Positions 20,603 through 29,659 of a DNA stretch of 64,000 nt are shown here, piece by piece. Location of the stretch: NCBI GenBank assembly GCA_025357945.1, contig JANYLJ010000019.1, positions 8,668-72,667 on the forward strand. Direction: 5' to 3'. Each line of letters begins with the position of its first letter. Position 1 is the first letter of the stretch. Source of the DNA: Gemmatimonadota bacterium (GTDB lineage: Bacteria; Gemmatimonadota; Gemmatimonadetes; Gemmatimonadales; GWC2-71-9). Below the pieces are notes generated by a model. That model ran no database searches. It was not told where the DNA came from and was given only the letters and a program-made list of their open reading frames with translations. Both the position numbers and the translations under genes were made by a program.

Positions 20603-21189
20603 CCGGCGCCGAGGCCGAGCTCGGCCTGGTGCGGCCGCAGCGCGGTGATCACCTCGGCGATCAACTCGTCGAGCGGGACGCCGAGCTCTGCCGCACCGAG
20701 CCGGACATCGTCGCGGCTCACGCCGCGCGCAAACGCCTTGTCCTTGAGCTTCTTGGTCACCGAGCGCGGCTCGAGGTCGTTCAGCGACTTGCCGGGCCGC
20801 ACGAGCGCACAGGCGACGACGAACCCGCACAATTCGTCCACCGCAAAAAGGGCCCGTGCCATGTCGGTCGTCCGCGCCACGCCGGTGAACGCCGCATGAC
20901 CAAGAATCGCGACGCACGCGTCATCTGGAAATCCTGCCGCACGCAGGTGACGGACACCTTCGCTGGGGTGTTCCTGGTCGGCGGCACGGGCGTCGTTTGG
21001 GAAGCGTTCGTAGTCGAAGTCGTGCAACAGGCCAACCGTGCCCCAAACGTCGGGGTCACCGCCGTACTTGGGCGCGAAGTGGCGCATTGCCAACTCCACC
21101 GAGCGCATGTGCGCACGCAGCGCCGGCGAGGTGGTCCAGGAGAACATCAGTTCCTCAGCGCGACGACGATCCCAAACGGATTCCGGCAT
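20599..21189 (-). CDS. HD/HDIG domain metal-dependent phosphohydrolase
   Basis: H..V, GLLHDFD, AILGHA, DELCG, KK.KDKAFARGV.R. Confidence 0.9.
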   Translation of the reverse strand: MPESVWDRRRAEELMFSWTTSPALRAHMRSVELAMRHFAPKYGGDPDVWGTVGLLHDFDYERFPNDARAADQEHPSEGVRHLRAAGFPDDACVAILGHAAFTGVARTTDMARALFAVDELCGFVVACALVRPGKSLNDLEPRSVTKKLKDKAFARGVSRDDVRLGAAELGVPLDELIAEVITALRPHQAELGLGAG

Positions 21190-21214
21190 TGTTGAAAGGT
21201 AAGAGCGGAGGCTG

Positions 21215-21298
21215 GGAGAGACGAGAGACGAGCGACGAGAGAGACCTGCCGGAACGGCTGGGCGTCGGCCGTGCGGGAGGTTTCTCTCGTCTCTCGCC
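21215..21298. repeat. Heptamer-built inverted repeat, copy B
   Basis: GGAGAGACGAGAGACGAGCGACGAGAGAGAC ... TTTCTCTCGTCTCTCG. Confidence 0.78.
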
Positions 21299-21301
21299 CT
21301 T

Positions 21302-21715
21302 CTAGTGCAATTGTCCCGCCGGTCCGCCGACCATCGTCGCCAGAAACGTGACCCTGGCCGCCTCGATCTGGTCGACCGTGATCACGAACGCGTATTCGCC
21401 GGCGGTCGCGAGCGGCAGGTCGAACACCAGGATGGCCGGCGCCTCCAGGTCAACGACGCCGGCCGGTGGCTCATTGATCTGCATCATCCCGGTCTGTTCG
21501 AGGGCCGGGGTGCCCGACGGGTCGAGCATCTGGACGCGGAGTTCGTGATTGCCAAGCTCGGTGCGTCGTCCCCGGAGATGCAGCACCAGGTGCGCCCGCG
21601 GGTGCATCGCCGGGAACTGCTGTACGGCGACGTGCCGCCAGATCCCGAGCACCGAGAGCTTGCCGCTCTGGTCGAGCAGGGCATAGTCGCACAGGAGCGC
21701 GAGGTCGACGCGCGT
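21302..21715 (-). CDS. DUF6941-like beta-sandwich protein (start codon uncertain)
   Basis: LALLCDYA..D.SGKLSVLGI, G.Y.F.I.VD; the expected start position is ACG. Confidence 0.7.
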   Translation of the reverse strand, partial: TRVDLALLCDYALLDQSGKLSVLGIWRHVAVQQFPAMHPRAHLVLHLRGRRTELGNHELRVQMLDPSGTPALEQTGMMQINEPPAGVVDLEAPAILVFDLPLATAGEYAFVITVDQIEAARVTFLATMVGGPAGQLH

Positions 21716-21717
21716 AC

Positions 21718-22167
21718 TCAGCTCACCCGGATCGTGCGCACGACGTCGCCCTGCTTGATCGCGTTGACGATGTCCATCCCGGTGGTCACCTGACCGAACA
21801 CCGTGTGCACCCGGTCGAGATGCGGCTGCGGGGTGTGGCAGATGAAGAACTGGCTGCCACCGGTGTCCTTCCCCGCGTGCGCCATCGACAACGTGCCAGC
21901 CACGTGCTTGTGCGTGTTGCGGGACGTTTCGCACTTGATGTGGTAGCCCGGTCCGCCGGAGCCGGCGCGCGGGTTGTTCGGCGTCTTTGACAGGGGATCA
22001 CCGCCCTGGACCATGAAGTTGTTGATCACGCGGTGGAAGCGGGTACCATCGTAAAACTTCTCCTGGGCGAGCTTCTCGAAGTTGGCGACCGTGCTGGGCG
22101 CTTCGTCGTCGAACAGCTCGAGGACGATGGTGCCTTTGTCGGTGTCGAACGTGGCGATTTTTGTCAT
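21718..22167 (-). CDS. Cyclophilin-type peptidyl-prolyl isomerase
   Basis: [43 protein letters not shown]. Confidence 0.96.
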   Translation of the reverse strand: MTKIATFDTDKGTIVLELFDDEAPSTVANFEKLAQEKFYDGTRFHRVINNFMVQGGDPLSKTPNNPRAGSGGPGYHIKCETSRNTHKHVAGTLSMAHAGKDTGGSQFFICHTPQPHLDRVHTVFGQVTTGMDIVNAIKQGDVVRTIRVS

Positions 22168-22188
22168 GGCTGGAAAATAACCCCTCGC

Positions 22189-22214
22189 GTAAGGGCGCTG
22201 CGCGCAGCGCCCCT
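22189..22214. repeat. REP-like 20-bp perfect palindrome between nth and the cyclophilin gene
   Basis: GTAA-GGGCGCTGCGCGCAGCGCCC-CT, resembling GTAG-type REP hairpins. Confidence 0.5.
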
Positions 22215-22217
22215 CCC

Positions 22218-22886
22218 CTATGTGCGACGCCCCATGATGCCCGCCGACGGACAAATGTCGTTCAGCACACACGCTTCGCACTTCGGTCGATTGGCAATGC
22301 AGATCCGGCGCCCGTGCCAGATCAGCAGGTGGCTGACCACGGCCCAATCGTCACGCGGTACGAGGTGCATCAACTCCTGTTCCAGTTTCTCCGGGTCAGT
22401 TGCGCGCGAAATGCGGAGCAGCGCCGACAGGCGCAGCACGTGGGTGTCGACCGTCACTCCTTCGCTGGTATCGAACGCGTTGCCGAGGATCACGTTCGCG
22501 GTCTTCCGTCCGACACCGGGGAGGGGACGCAGTTCGGCCATCGTGCGCGGGATGCGGCCATCGTGGTTGGCCACGACCGCCTGGGCCATCCCGATCAGGC
22601 TCTTCGCCTTGTTGCGAAAGAAGCCAGTCGAGCGGATCACGTCCTCGACCTCGCTCGAGTTCGCCTGCGCCAAGGTGTCGGCATCGGGCCAGCGCCGGAA
22701 CAGTTCCGGTGTGACCATGTTGACGCGCACGTCGGTGCATTGCGCCGACAGGATCGTGGCCGCCAACAGTTCAAATGCGTTGCCGTAGTTCAACTCGCAG
22801 TGTGCGTCGGGATACAACCGCTTCAGGCGAGCGATGATGTCGAGCAGGCGGGCCTGGAGCGCCGCACGGGACTCCCTTCGACTCAT
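22218..22886 (-). CDS. nth: Endonuclease III
   Basis: LSAQCTD, Hh[18 protein letters not shown]-x6-C-x2-C-x5-C. Confidence 0.97.
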   Translation of the reverse strand: MSRRESRAALQARLLDIIARLKRLYPDAHCELNYGNAFELLAATILSAQCTDVRVNMVTPELFRRWPDADTLAQANSSEVEDVIRSTGFFRNKAKSLIGMAQAVVANHDGRIPRTMAELRPLPGVGRKTANVILGNAFDTSEGVTVDTHVLRLSALLRISRATDPEKLEQELMHLVPRDDWAVVSHLLIWHGRRICIANRPKCEACVLNDICPSAGIMGRRT

Positions 22887-22909
22887 GGGGCCGCCGTCCT
22901 TCGCTGCGG

Positions 22910-24634
22910 TCAGGACGACCCCCTGCGGGCTCGGGCAAATGCGAGGAACCCGTCGACGTCGCGACAATTCAGGACCGCGTCCGGGCCGAGGCCACCTTTG
23001 CGGGCGATACCGACACCGAACTCGACGTTGGCCAGCCCGGCGATATTGTGGGCATCGGCGCCGATCGAGATTGTCACCCCGCGCGCTCGGGCGTCGGTGA
23101 GGACGCGCCAGTCGAGGTCGAGCCGATGCGGGTCGGCGTTGATTTCGATCGCAACACCGGTCTCCGCCGCCTTCGCGAACACCCGGTCGAGATCGATCGG
23201 GTACGCCTCGCGCGATAGCAGCAGCCTCCCGGTCGGGTGGCCGAGGATCGTGAGATACCGTGAGTCCATGGCACGGCACACGCGCTCGGTCATTTCGTCG
23301 CGACTGAGGTTGAAGCGGGAGTGGATCGACCCGATGATGAAGTCGAATCCGGCGAGCACCTCGTCGGGGTAGTCCAGGGCACCGTCGACCAGGATGTCGC
23401 TTTCGATCCCCTTGAGTACGCGAAATCCCGACCGCGTGGTGTTGACCGCGTCGATCTCCTGCCACTGCTTCCCCACGGCCTCGGCCGACAGGCCACCGGC
23501 ATATGCGGCCGCACGCGAGTGGTCGGTGATTCCGACGTACTGATACCCGGCCGCCTGACAGGCCTGGGCGATCTGCTCGACCGAGTTGCTGCCGTCGGAT
23601 GCACCGGTGTGACAGTGGAGAAATCCTCGCAGCTGGGCGCGCTCGACCAGATGCGGCACCGGACGGCCGACCTCCTCGCCGGTTTCGCGCAATTCGGGCG
23701 GGATCCACGGCAGGTCGAGTGCTGCGTACAACGACTGTTCGGTCGGCGTCGGCACGAAACGACTCCCGTGCCAGAGCGCCGTACCGGCGAGGTTGAAGCC
23801 GTGGTCCGTCGCGTGCTTCGCCAGCGCCGCGAGATGTGCCTCACTGCCGGTCGCCTGGAGCAGCACCGCGCCAAGATTTTGCGGCGGCGTGATCACCACT
23901 TGCACGCTGCCGCCGCCGGCGAAACGGAGCGTGACCCGTCGCTCGTCGTCGCCGGCGATTTCGTTGACGCCCGGCATGGCGCCGAGCTGGCGAAAGACAT
24001 CCTCGGGCGGGACATCCGCCACAAGCACCGTGACCAGCTCGCGCACCACCTCGCAGCGACGGCGTACCTCGCCCGCGGTGTGCGCGGCGACGATGTGTGG
24101 CAGCCGGGCGAACGCCGCGCGGAAGGCCTCAGCTTCCTGTGCCGCGTGATGCGAGAGCCGCCACTGGCTTGCCTGGCGCAGGAATGCGATCCCCTGGAGG
24201 ATCTTCTCGGCGGTGCGCTGGCCGAAGCGGGGCAACGCCGCAAGGCGGCCATCGCGCGCCGCGTCCTCGAGGTCGGGGAGCGTTTCGACGCCAAGGGTTT
24301 CCTGAATCTGCCGGATCTTGGCGACGCCGAGTCCGGGAATCGCGAGCATGTCGACGAGGCCGGGCGGAACATCGGCCCGCAACTCCTCAAGGACCCCGGC
24401 ACGGCCGGTGGTCACCAGCTCGGTGACGATCTGGTGGATCGCCGGTCCGATTCCCTTGGTCTCTGCGAGTGATCCGTCGGCGATCCCGGCGGCGAGTTCG
24501 CCGGAAAAGCCGAGCACGCTGCGGGCGGCGGCGGTGAACGCCCGGACACGAAATGGGTTCTCGCCCTTGAATTCGAGATAGGAGGCGATCTGCTCGAGCG
24601 AGCGCGCCACGCCAGTGCGATCCATCATGGTCAT
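22910..24634 (-). CDS. polX: PolX/PHP-domain protein with non-canonical polymerase site
   Basis: GENPFRVRA, HhH repeats, PPELRE, PHP ligands HCH..SDG, TDHS, E, H, GHP, DAH. Confidence 0.93.
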   Translation of the reverse strand: MTMMDRTGVARSLEQIASYLEFKGENPFRVRAFTAAARSVLGFSGELAAGIADGSLAETKGIGPAIHQIVTELVTTGRAGVLEELRADVPPGLVDMLAIPGLGVAKIRQIQETLGVETLPDLEDAARDGRLAALPRFGQRTAEKILQGIAFLRQASQWRLSHHAAQEAEAFRAAFARLPHIVAAHTAGEVRRRCEVVRELVTVLVADVPPEDVFRQLGAMPGVNEIAGDDERRVTLRFAGGGSVQVVITPPQNLGAVLLQATGSEAHLAALAKHATDHGFNLAGTALWHGSRFVPTPTEQSLYAALDLPWIPPELRETGEEVGRPVPHLVERAQLRGFLHCHTGASDGSNSVEQIAQACQAAGYQYVGITDHSRAAAYAGGLSAEAVGKQWQEIDAVNTTRSGFRVLKGIESDILVDGALDYPDEVLAGFDFIIGSIHSRFNLSRDEMTERVCRAMDSRYLTILGHPTGRLLLSREAYPIDLDRVFAKAAETGVAIEINADPHRLDLDWRVLTDARARGVTISIGADAHNIAGLANVEFGVGIARKGGLGPDAVLNCRDVDGFLAFARARRGSS

Positions 24635-25293
24635 CGCGCGACCTCCTCGCCGGCGGCTACGCGCCAGCCGAGCAACAGCAGTTCGTCAGGTCCGCTCACC
24701 GCGTGCAAGTGCGCGGCGTCGCCACCAGGCATCGTCGGCGCGAAGAGCGGTGTACCATCGTCGCGTTCGACCTTCGCCGGGTGCGGACCCGCGACGGCCA
24801 CCACCGACACGCCCGGCCGTTGTTCGTGCACGCCAAAGCAGGCAACTACCCGCAATTCCGTATCGCCGGGAATCGTGAACCATCCATCGAGTGGTTCGAA
24901 CGGTTCCTCGTCGGCCAGCTGGCCCCAGACCAGGCGCGGTGCGATCTGAATGTACCGCGTCGGCGTCGCTCCGAGCGGAGTTCGACCGGAGGGACGCCAC
25001 CCAGGATGACAGAGCTGGCGTGTCCCGGATTCGTCGAGCGCGACCGTGTGCTCGCCATCCCGCCAGAACAGGTAGGCGGCATGTACGAGCGCAACGAAGT
25101 CGTCCACCGCGTCGCCGAACCCGTCGTCGGGCCGCAACTCGCGCATCAACTCGAGCGCGGCGGCGGCAAGCAGGAACGCGTGGCTGTCGGAGTCGTCACG
25201 AAGCTCCGTGCGGATGGCGGGGAAACGGGCCTCGCGAAATCCTCCGAACATCAACTCGAACGGATGCGGTCGCGGCGGCACGGCACGGCTCAT
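24631..25293 (-). CDS. Hypothetical protein
   Basis: ATGA overlap with polX; coding-like composition. Confidence 0.7.
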   Translation of the reverse strand: MSRAVPPRPHPFELMFGGFREARFPAIRTELRDDSDSHAFLLAAAALELMRELRPDDGFGDAVDDFVALVHAAYLFWRDGEHTVALDESGTRQLCHPGWRPSGRTPLGATPTRYIQIAPRLVWGQLADEEPFEPLDGWFTIPGDTELRVVACFGVHEQRPGVSVVAVAGPHPAKVERDDGTPLFAPTMPGGDAAHLHAVSGPDELLLLGWRVAAGEEVAR

Positions 25294-25296
25294 CGC

Positions 25297-26112
25297 TCAC
25301 GCCTTGCGGGGCAGGAACGGATCGAGCGCCGCAACGAAGGCCCCAGCCGCCTCGACGTACGGCACGTGACCACATTCGGGTAGCACCACCAGTGGTGCCC
25401 GGAGTGCCTCGGCCGTCGCCCGCGCAGTCGGCAGTGGAATTGGATCGTCGTCACCGTGCACGACGATCGCCGGCACGTCGAGACGCGAGAGCGCTGGTCG
25501 CAGGTCGAAATCGTCGCCCAGTGAGTTCCATACCTCCTGCTGGGTGCGCCCGGTGATCCGGAACGGTGTCAGCTCACGCGCCCGACGCGGGTCGTGGAAA
25601 TAGCCGGAAACGGCAAGCTCGAACAATCGCTGGTTGTAGGCAGCGACGTCCTTCGAGCGGAGACCGCTCCCCTGCAGGGCTGCCCGCTCCGCGATCAATT
25701 CTGGCGTGGCGTTGCGGCGCGCCAGGTTCTGCTCGAACTCCAGCCGTTCACGCTGGGCGGCCGGCGCCGGCGATACCAATGCCAGCGACGCCACTCGCTC
25801 GGGGTACGTCACGGCAAAGAGCATCGCGAGCAGGCCGCCCCACGAATAGCCGCAGAGATGCAGCCGATCGAGCCGCCAGAGGTCGCGCAACGCCGCCAGG
25901 TCGTCGACATGTTCACGCCAGCCGACTGACACGTCGCGACCCACCGGCGACCGGCCACCGCCGCGTTGGTCGTAGTACACCAGGGTGCGGCCGGGCGCGA
26001 GTCGATCGAATCCGGGGAGCAGGTAATCGTGCTGTGCCCCGGGTCCGCCATGCAGCACGACCACCTCCGGGCCGTTGCCGCTGCGATACTCGTAGAGATC
26101 CACGCCACGCAC
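25297..26112 (-). CDS. Alpha/beta hydrolase (proline iminopeptidase-like)
   Basis: LHGGPG, YYDQRGGGRS, GYSWGG, HGDDD, CGHVP. Confidence 0.9.
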   Translation of the reverse strand: MRGVDLYEYRSGNGPEVVVLHGGPGAQHDYLLPGFDRLAPGRTLVYYDQRGGGRSPVGRDVSVGWREHVDDLAALRDLWRLDRLHLCGYSWGGLLAMLFAVTYPERVASLALVSPAPAAQRERLEFEQNLARRNATPELIAERAALQGSGLRSKDVAAYNQRLFELAVSGYFHDPRRARELTPFRITGRTQQEVWNSLGDDFDLRPALSRLDVPAIVVHGDDDPIPLPTARATAEALRAPLVVLPECGHVPYVEAAGAFVAALDPFLPRKA

Positions 26113-26120
26113 GCTGCGGA

Positions 26121-26576
26121 TCAGAGCAGCACCGCCAGTGCATCCGCGACCTGGCGCACGGCGAGCTCTTCCTCGGCCGTGAACGGATCGGGAACGTCAG
26201 AGTCGATATCGATCTGGCCAAGAATCCTGGCGCCGCGGCGGATCAACACCACCAGTTCCGAGCGGGTGAACAGGTTGCACGCGATGTAGTTCTCCCGGGC
26301 GCGCACGTCGCCGACATTCTGGTCCTCGCCGGTCGCGACGGCGGTGCCGCAGACGCCGTGTCCAACGGCAATCCGCGTGTGCTCGGTTTCCCGGCCGCTG
26401 AACGCTGCCAGCACCAACTCCTCACCGTGCAGCAGGTACAGGTAGACCGACGTGTACGGCGGACCCGCGCGCTGGATCAGCTCCGCGGCAAGTACCAGCA
26501 GCTGCGGCCCGATTGACCCGTGATTGAACGCGGCGCGCAACCGGGTGACGATTTTGTCGCTCTCGAGGACCGGCAT
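26121..26576 (-). CDS. GAF domain protein (free Met-R-sulfoxide reductase-like)
   Basis: GVCGTA, V.DV...NYIAC...SELVV, IDIDS. Confidence 0.85.
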   Translation of the reverse strand: MPVLESDKIVTRLRAAFNHGSIGPQLLVLAAELIQRAGPPYTSVYLYLLHGEELVLAAFSGRETEHTRIAVGHGVCGTAVATGEDQNVGDVRARENYIACNLFTRSELVVLIRRGARILGQIDIDSDVPDPFTAEEELAVRQVADALAVLL

Positions 26577-26637
26577 CGGGGAATCCTTTCGCCTGTGCAG
26601 GTACATTCTACCGACCCCGACACCGGCGAACCACACC

Positions 26638-27213
26638 TTGCGCATCTCACCGCGTCTTTTCGCGCTCGTCCCGGCCGCCGTGGCGATCAACCTGGTGTTG
26701 GGTGGCGTGGTCAAGGAACTGTCGCTGCCCGTGTTCCTCGACACCGTCGGGACGGTGTTGGTCGCGGTGCTGGTCGGCTTTCCCGCCGGTGCCCTGGTCG
26801 GCACCGTCAGTCAACTCCTGTTGGGGCTATTGACCGGGTATCAGTACCTGCCCTTCGTGGTGATCCAGTGGCTGCTCTCCCTGTTGGCCGCTGCGGCCAC
26901 CAATCGACGCGGTTTCTCCTCGCTCCGGCGGACGATCGCCTGGGGGGTAGCGGCCGGCCTCAGCTGCGGCGCCGCATCGGCGTTAATCTCCTATTTCCTC
27001 TTTCGCGGCGTCACCGGCGGCGGCGTGACCTGGGTGACGGCGGCGCTGCGATCGGTCGGGCTGCCGTTGCCCGTGGCCGTCGCGATCGGGTCGAGCGGCA
27101 CCGACGTGCTCGACAAGACCATCGTAATCATCATGGTGGGCGTCCTCCTGCGAGCACTCCCCAAGCGGATCCTCGGCCGCTTCCCGTTGGCCGCCCGCGC
27201 GGTGGCGCGATGA
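26638..27213 (+). CDS. ECF transporter S component
   Basis: TTG start; LPVFLDTVGT, ~6 TM, D..DK; adjacent to T and A components. Confidence 0.85.
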   Translation: MRISPRLFALVPAAVAINLVLGGVVKELSLPVFLDTVGTVLVAVLVGFPAGALVGTVSQLLLGLLTGYQYLPFVVIQWLLSLLAAAATNRRGFSSLRRTIAWGVAAGLSCGAASALISYFLFRGVTGGGVTWVTAALRSVGLPLPVAVAIGSSGTDVLDKTIVIIMVGVLLRALPKRILGRFPLAARAVAR

Positions 27214-27944
27214 GCTCGCTCGCCCAGCGCGCCCACCCGTTCACCAACGGTGCCGTGGCGATGGCACTCATCGCGTTGGCGCTGGTGTTGCCGTCCGCAT
27301 CGCAGACCGCGGTGCTCTATCTCTGCACCATGCTCATCGCGTGGTCGACCGGCGCCGGCAGCGGCGTGCGCCGCGGCCTGGTCGCCGTGGTACCGATCTG
27401 GGTGCTGCTCTTCCTGCTGCAGGGTGTCCTCGGCGACGCGCCGCGAATCGCCGCTCCGTGGGGCGGCACCCTGTCCGAACCCGGACTGCAATGGGCACTC
27501 TCCCAGGGGAGCCGCCTGGCCGTCATCGCGACCGCGTCGCTCGCATTCGCCCGCGTGTTTGATCCGCACCGCTTCCTGCAAGCGGCGATCGCTCGGCGTT
27601 GGCCGTTCGGTTTCGCCTTCCTGTTGGTGGCCACACTCGATGCCGCCCACCGACTCGGCGAACAGGCGCGACGCCTGCGCGAGGCACAGCGCACCCGCGG
27701 CGTGCGGGTCACGGGATCAGTGGCCGCTCGGATGCGTGCGGTTCCGGCTCTGGTCTTCCCGTTACTCCTCGCATCACTCACCGAAGCGGACGACCGTGCC
27801 CTCGCGCTCGAAACGCGCGGCCTGATGATCACCGGTCCGCGTACCGTCATCGATCCGCCGCGAGACACGGCGATGGATCGCACCGTGCGTTGGCTGGTGT
27901 TGCTCGTCGTCGCTGCAGCCATTGCATGGCGCATTCGCGGCTGA
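27210..27944 (+). CDS. ECF transporter T component
   Basis: EAQRTRG and ALETRG xRx motifs. Confidence 0.9.
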   Translation: MSSLAQRAHPFTNGAVAMALIALALVLPSASQTAVLYLCTMLIAWSTGAGSGVRRGLVAVVPIWVLLFLLQGVLGDAPRIAAPWGGTLSEPGLQWALSQGSRLAVIATASLAFARVFDPHRFLQAAIARRWPFGFAFLLVATLDAAHRLGEQARRLREAQRTRGVRVTGSVAARMRAVPALVFPLLLASLTEADDRALALETRGLMITGPRTVIDPPRDTAMDRTVRWLVLLVVAAAIAWRIRG

Positions 27945-29659
27945 TGCGATTCGCTACCCGCGGCCTTCGCGTCCGCTATCCAGCCCAGGAACAGTGGGCC
28001 ATCGACGGCGTGGACATCGACATCGCCCCGGGCGAGGTCACCTGGCTCACCGGTGCGCTCGGCAGCGGAACAAGCACGCTCTTGCTCGCATTCGCCGGAC
28101 TCTCGCCGCGCCTCACCGGCGGCGACCGCGAGGGAACGGTCCTCTGCGACGACGCGGATGTGTCGCTGACCACGCCGCTGAGTCAGGGTATCGCCTATCT
28201 CGGTCCATCACCGTCACTCCAGATCAGCGGCATCGCGAAGACGGTGCGCGACGAGATCGCCGTGGGCCCGATGAACCTCGGTCGACCGCGCGAACAGATC
28301 GTTCTCGCGGTGGCCAGTGCGATGCAACAGCTACGCCTGGACCATCTCGCCGCACGAGCCCCCGACTCGCTGTCGGGCGGCGAAACGCAACGGCTGCTGC
28401 TGGCATCACTGCTCGCCGCGTCGCCTCGGGCATGGTTGCTGGACGAACCGTTCTCCGCGCTCGATCACGCCAGCGCCCGCCACGTGCAACAGCTGCTTCG
28501 TGCCCGGGCTGCTGCCGGCGCGACCGTCGTGGTCGCGTGCGACGATGCCGACGCGATGCTCGAAGTTGCCGACCGGATGATCGTGATGCAACATGGACGC
28601 ATCGTCCTCGATGGCGACCCGACGGATCTGCTCGCTGGCGACGCAATCCTCGCCACCGGGTCCGGCACCACGGACGCGGCAACACTTGCACACGATGCAG
28701 GAATCCCTGCCCTCCGACCGCTCACCCGCAGGCAACTGCTCCAAACGATTTCCGGCGCGCCAGCGCGCACGGCGGGAGCACCGAGGCTGGCGTCGGTGGG
28801 CGATACTGCGGTCGCCGCGGATGCGACCGGCATCGCCACCGACGCCAGCCTCGGAGCGCGCCGCGTCCCCAGGCAGCCGTCCCTGCAGATGAGCAATGTC
28901 AGGTTCGCCTACGGCGACGGCCCGCGCGTCCTCGACGACGTCAGCTTCGAAATCCACCCGGGCGAGGCGGTCGGCCTCTTCGGCGCCAATGGCGCCGGCA
29001 AGTCCACCCTCCTGCGCCTCGGCATGGCGCTCGAGCAGCCGACCAGCGGTACGGTGACCACCCTTGGCGCACGGACCGCGGGTCGGCACCCCGAGGACTT
29101 CTCCCCACGGGCTGGCTTCCTCTTCCAGCAGCCCGAGCGCCAGCTCTTCGCGGCGTCGGTCCGGACGGAATGCGCCCTCGCCCCCCGGCTGGCTGGCTGG
29201 AGCGCTTCCCGGATCGAGGCCGCGGTCGCAGCGGTACTCGCCGAGCTCGGTCTGACCGAAACTGCAGAAGAGCACCCGTACGATCTCCCGCTGCCGCGGC
29301 GCCGGCTGGTCGCCCTGGCGGCGATTCTCGCGGCGGACCCGGAGCTGGTGTTGCTCGACGAGCCGACCGCGGCGCTCGATTTCACTTCGCGCGAGCTGGT
29401 CATTCGCGTCGTCAGGGAACGGGTCCGCCGCGGCAGGACGGTCCTGGCAATCACGCACGACGCGACCTTCGCGCACGAAGCGTTACAACGTGGTATGGTG
29501 CTCGAACATGGGCAGGTCGTGCATGACGGTCCGATCCGGAGCGTCATAGATGATGAGCGAATGGTTCGGCCAGCGGCTCTGGCAGTCGCACTGGCACTGG
29601 GACTTTCCCCGGGCAGCGACCGTCGGGACGAGGTCGCCCGCACGCTGCGGTCACGTTGA
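27944..29659 (+). CDS. ECF transporter fused double ATPase
   Basis: Two NBDs: GALGSGTST/LSGGE/LLDEP and GANGAGKST/LPLPR/LLDEP. Confidence 0.9.
   Translation: MRFATRGLRVRYPAQEQWAIDGVDIDIAPGEVTWLTGALGSGTSTLLLAFAGLSPRLTGGDREGTVLCDDADVSLTTPLSQGIAYLGPSPSLQISGIAKTVRDEIAVGPMNLGRPREQIVLAVASAMQQLRLDHLAARAPDSLSGGETQRLLLASLLAASPRAWLLDEPFSALDHASARHVQQLLRARAAAGATVVVACDDADAMLEVADRMIVMQHGRIVLDGDPTDLLAGDAILATGSGTTDAATLAHDAGIPALRPLTRRQLLQTISGAPARTAGAPRLASVGDTAVAADATGIATDASLGARRVPRQPSLQMSNVRFAYGDGPRVLDDVSFEIHPGEAVGLFGANGAGKSTLLRLGMALEQPTSGTVTTLGARTAGRHPEDFSPRAGFLFQQPERQLFAASVRTECALAPRLAGWSASRIEAAVAAVLAELGLTETAEEHPYDLPLPRRRLVALAAILAADPELVLLDEPTAALDFTSRELVIRVVRERVRRGRTVLAITHDATFAHEALQRGMVLEHGQVVHDGPIRSVIDDERMVRPAALAVALALGLSPGSDRRDEVARTLRSR

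Noticed and set aside
27599-27943. N-terminal extensions in the ORF track (also 3425, 5405, 20917, 23708, 26520, 38492, 39440, 61319)
   Set aside because: They overlap neighbouring genes; coupled starts or leaderless motifs give shorter, family-typical lengths.
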